From Podarcis liolepis (Eukaryota): DNA of 64,000 nt. Position 1 is the first letter of the stretch. The number at the start of each line of letters is the position of its first letter. A program made the position numbers and the translations under genes. The stretch lies in NCBI GenBank assembly GCA_965112155.1, contig OZ218111.1; one strand, 5' to 3'. The notes under the pieces were generated by a model. The model was not told where the DNA came from. It did not search any database and saw only the letters and a list, made by a program, of their open reading frames with translations. Shown in pieces: positions 62,801 to 64,000 of this stretch.

Positions 62801-63985
62801 GCTCCTCTTGAAGGAAATCTGAAAACCACGCCCAGTAAGCTGTGGGACGCTCAACAAGTTGCTCGCCGCGCCTGGAACATATAGTACACCGCTGATGGTT
62901 GTGTGCAAACTTGCAAGTTTCACAGTCCCTTCTCCTGCAATTTGCAACGTCCTTCCATCAGCCAGGTGGATCTCACCTTCCTGTGGCTTGAAGGAGATAA
63001 AGAGATGCCTGTCCTTGGAAACGTGGCGGCTGGCACCTGAGTCCACAATAAATCTGCCTTTGGCTGTTGGAGCAGTCCTTACAGCAAGCAAACCCTTGTT
63101 CTCCAGCGGTTTGGGCTTTTGCAGCTTGCCCCCCTGCTGCTCCTGGCCAGCAGACGTGCCTTTAGCCTTTGGTGAAGCTGTGCCAGCAAACATCGCTTTG
63201 TTTTTCCCTGGCGCCGCAGGCTTTCCACCCCCCTTCTGCTTCGGGCCACCTGCAGGCTTTTTCCTCTGTTTATTTCCAGTCTTTGGACAAAACCTCTGAG
63301 TATGACCTTGGTTCCCACAGTTCCAGCACTTCACAGCTGCCAACGCTTTGGCCCCCCCTGGAGGCTGGAATGCTGTCCCACTTTGCTCCCCCTGAAGTGC
63401 ACAAGCCGACTCAGCTGCATTCCTTCTATCATATTCATTTTGCAAAGTTGCCAAGACCTTTGTAGCAGTGAGGTCTTGCGCAGGGAGGGTCGCCAGCTGA
63501 CTTGCCACGGCATGATAGCTTTCATCCAGGGAGTCCAGGATGAGAATAGCAAACAGTGACTCAGGCATATTGAAACCTCTCTGAGCCAACTCCTGTCTGA
63601 GATGCTGCAACTGCAAAACGTGGGCTCTAAGATCTTCCCCTGGCTCCAAACGCTTCCTGTGCAGCTTCCTGAAATAAAGCAACACAGACCCAGCCTCTCG
63701 TCGGAGATGACAGGCTTTAAGCCCATCCCACATCTCACGGGCAGTTGCCTTGCCAGCCAAGGTGATTAACTCTTCAGGAGCTACTGAGAGCAAAATTATC
63801 CCCATGGCTTTCGAATCCTGTGCTTTCCACTCATCTGTCACAGGGGCTGGGGGGTTCTCAGAAACAGTATTCCACACTCCAAGCCTTCTCATCTGGCCCT
63901 CACAGTACCTTGCCCAGGTCTGATAGTTGTGGCCATTCAGCTTTAGTGGACACGGAGCAGTTTCTGAGGTCTGTAAGAGATCCAT
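59798..63985 (-). CDS. Copia gag-pol polyprotein, 1395 aa, no stops or frameshifts
   Basis: Gag N-terminus LKLNGHNYQTW; CCHC knuckle CWNCGNQGHTQRFC; protease FIVDSGASRH; integrase zinc region HRRFGH...CVSC and DDE core (VHADLVGP / TDRGGEF / NGLAERAN); RT (WVFKAK, KARLVARGFSQ, LYGLKQSAR, CFVDDLL); RNase H (FADASF, SSCEAE, QDN, ADLLSK). Confidence 0.97.
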   Translation of the reverse strand: MDLLQTSETAPCPLKLNGHNYQTWARYCEGQMRRLGVWNTVSENPPAPVTDEWKAQDSKAMGIILLSVAPEELITLAGKATAREMWDGLKACHLRREAGSVLLYFRKLHRKRLEPGEDLRAHVLQLQHLRQELAQRGFNMPESLFAILILDSLDESYHAVASQLATLPAQDLTATKVLATLQNEYDRRNAAESACALQGEQSGTAFQPPGGAKALAAVKCWNCGNQGHTQRFCPKTGNKQRKKPAGGPKQKGGGKPAAPGKNKAMFAGTASPKAKGTSAGQEQQGGKLQKPKPLENKGLLAVRTAPTAKGRFIVDSGASRHVSKDRHLFISFKPQEGEIHLADGRTLQIAGEGTVKLASLHTTISGVLYVPGAASNLLSVPQLTGRGFQISFKRSVCVISKGKEDYLHAKFMDGLFHITYDDTVAVNNADSCCVAQTNKVLHAGCIHDAHRRFGHLSWKALAKMPEVVEGLNIKPCKFHMKCVSCAENKVKVAPKGKVSSRQASKPYQLVHADLVGPLAPSIGGARYFMILIDSFSRYIHVYLLEQKSQAFPKFKEFCAWLENVHGKRISCFFTDRGGEFTSQQFEAFLTEKGIQHDMSTPRSPWMNGLAERANQTLLQGIKTLLHDANLPDKFWGEALGNLVYTVNRRLSSPIGCTPYEKMFGKKPNTKHMRIFGSDMWVRTQQTNKLGKRGAHGLFMGYEKGAYRVWMTDSKSIKFTRSVEYNPKWGGNVGIFQCYPEEDEGDVKQAAKAEEAADDDEDEDDDEDDDDDQSSDSSSVGGAAADVSESDDTADYQSAKASVRPSDASDNELEEPLFTIGHFSPKKEEMSPEDLRLVRRSERATKGRPPKRYADEFAKTATAVLSSSEKVWEPSSFKEVQELTSKDAEPWLNAMKAEVDSLNRNQTWELVPVVPGMRLVGSKWVFKAKTDQNGKVVRHKARLVARGFSQVPGQDYHETYSPTVKYESIRLMLKIAAEEKLHVSHHDINTAFLYGILGEELFMLPPDGMEIQKGMVCKLRKSLYGLKQSARCWNTKLTETLLSLGFHQGKADPCVFVKEEGQNKLYCLCFVDDLLMFWKNQAFYQSTLAQLKEHFDMKDLGEVSNYLSLQVEKDQAGNFLVHQTQKIADVLTRLNLVDANPADTPMVTGYQVDSTAEAFSDTTLYRCILGKLNFIARCSRPDIAVSCNLLSRHANNPTVQDWKALKRIARYLKGTMHYRLRFTSQKTGGLEIFADASFGSDTTDGTSTSGVCYMYNHCLFDWLCKKQTTVSLSSCEAELNALSFSLMDCEWLMQLFKDIRVSVKCPIQVYQDNRSCLALLNSESCKQRTKYLQIKLHRARECIQKGLIQVSYMAGNEIPADLLSKVVNKEQHKVYVQRLQLSEPQVQQVTRKGGGC

Positions 63986-64000
63986 CTCAGCTTTTTACTT

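Larger units (their letters stand above)
59414..64000 (-). mobile_element. Ty1/copia LTR retrotransposon, apparently intact; 5' LTR and PBS lie beyond the window edge
   Basis: Domain order GAG-PR-INT-RT-RH is diagnostic of copia. A purine-rich PPT (about 59804-59818) abuts a TG...CA LTR. Confidence 0.96.

Overview
Eukaryotic genomic DNA from a squamate reptile, most likely a lacertid lizard (Sauria-SINE copies of the lacertid type, BovB/RTE, CR1, L2, L1, Penelope-like elements, hAT and Tc1/mariner MITEs). One complete host protein-coding gene is present on the minus strand: CAPN15 (SOLH, calpain-15). I could splice 11 coding exons with canonical GT-AG sites from ATG 48605 to TGA 27193, giving 3252 nt (1083 aa), followed by a probable ~4.3 kb 3' UTR ending near AATAAA at 22855-22860. 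The right end of the window holds an apparently intact Ty1/copia LTR retrotransposon: a single uninterrupted 1395-aa gag-pol ORF, a PPT and a 390-bp 3' LTR; its 5' LTR lies outside the window. The most unusual structure is a ~760-bp, essentially spacer-less palindrome in a CAPN15 intron, built from two head-to-head Penelope-like 3' ends, each with a hammerhead-ribozyme-like core, and flanked by (AT)n. Other notable items are a twin-primed (inverted) L1 insertion with a 17-bp TSD, a sixth RanBP2 zinc finger in CAPN15, and several candidate conserved non-coding elements and UTR exons in the region where synteny predicts PRR35. All calls were made by eye from the sequence; no searches were run, and repeat-family names and boundaries are approximate.
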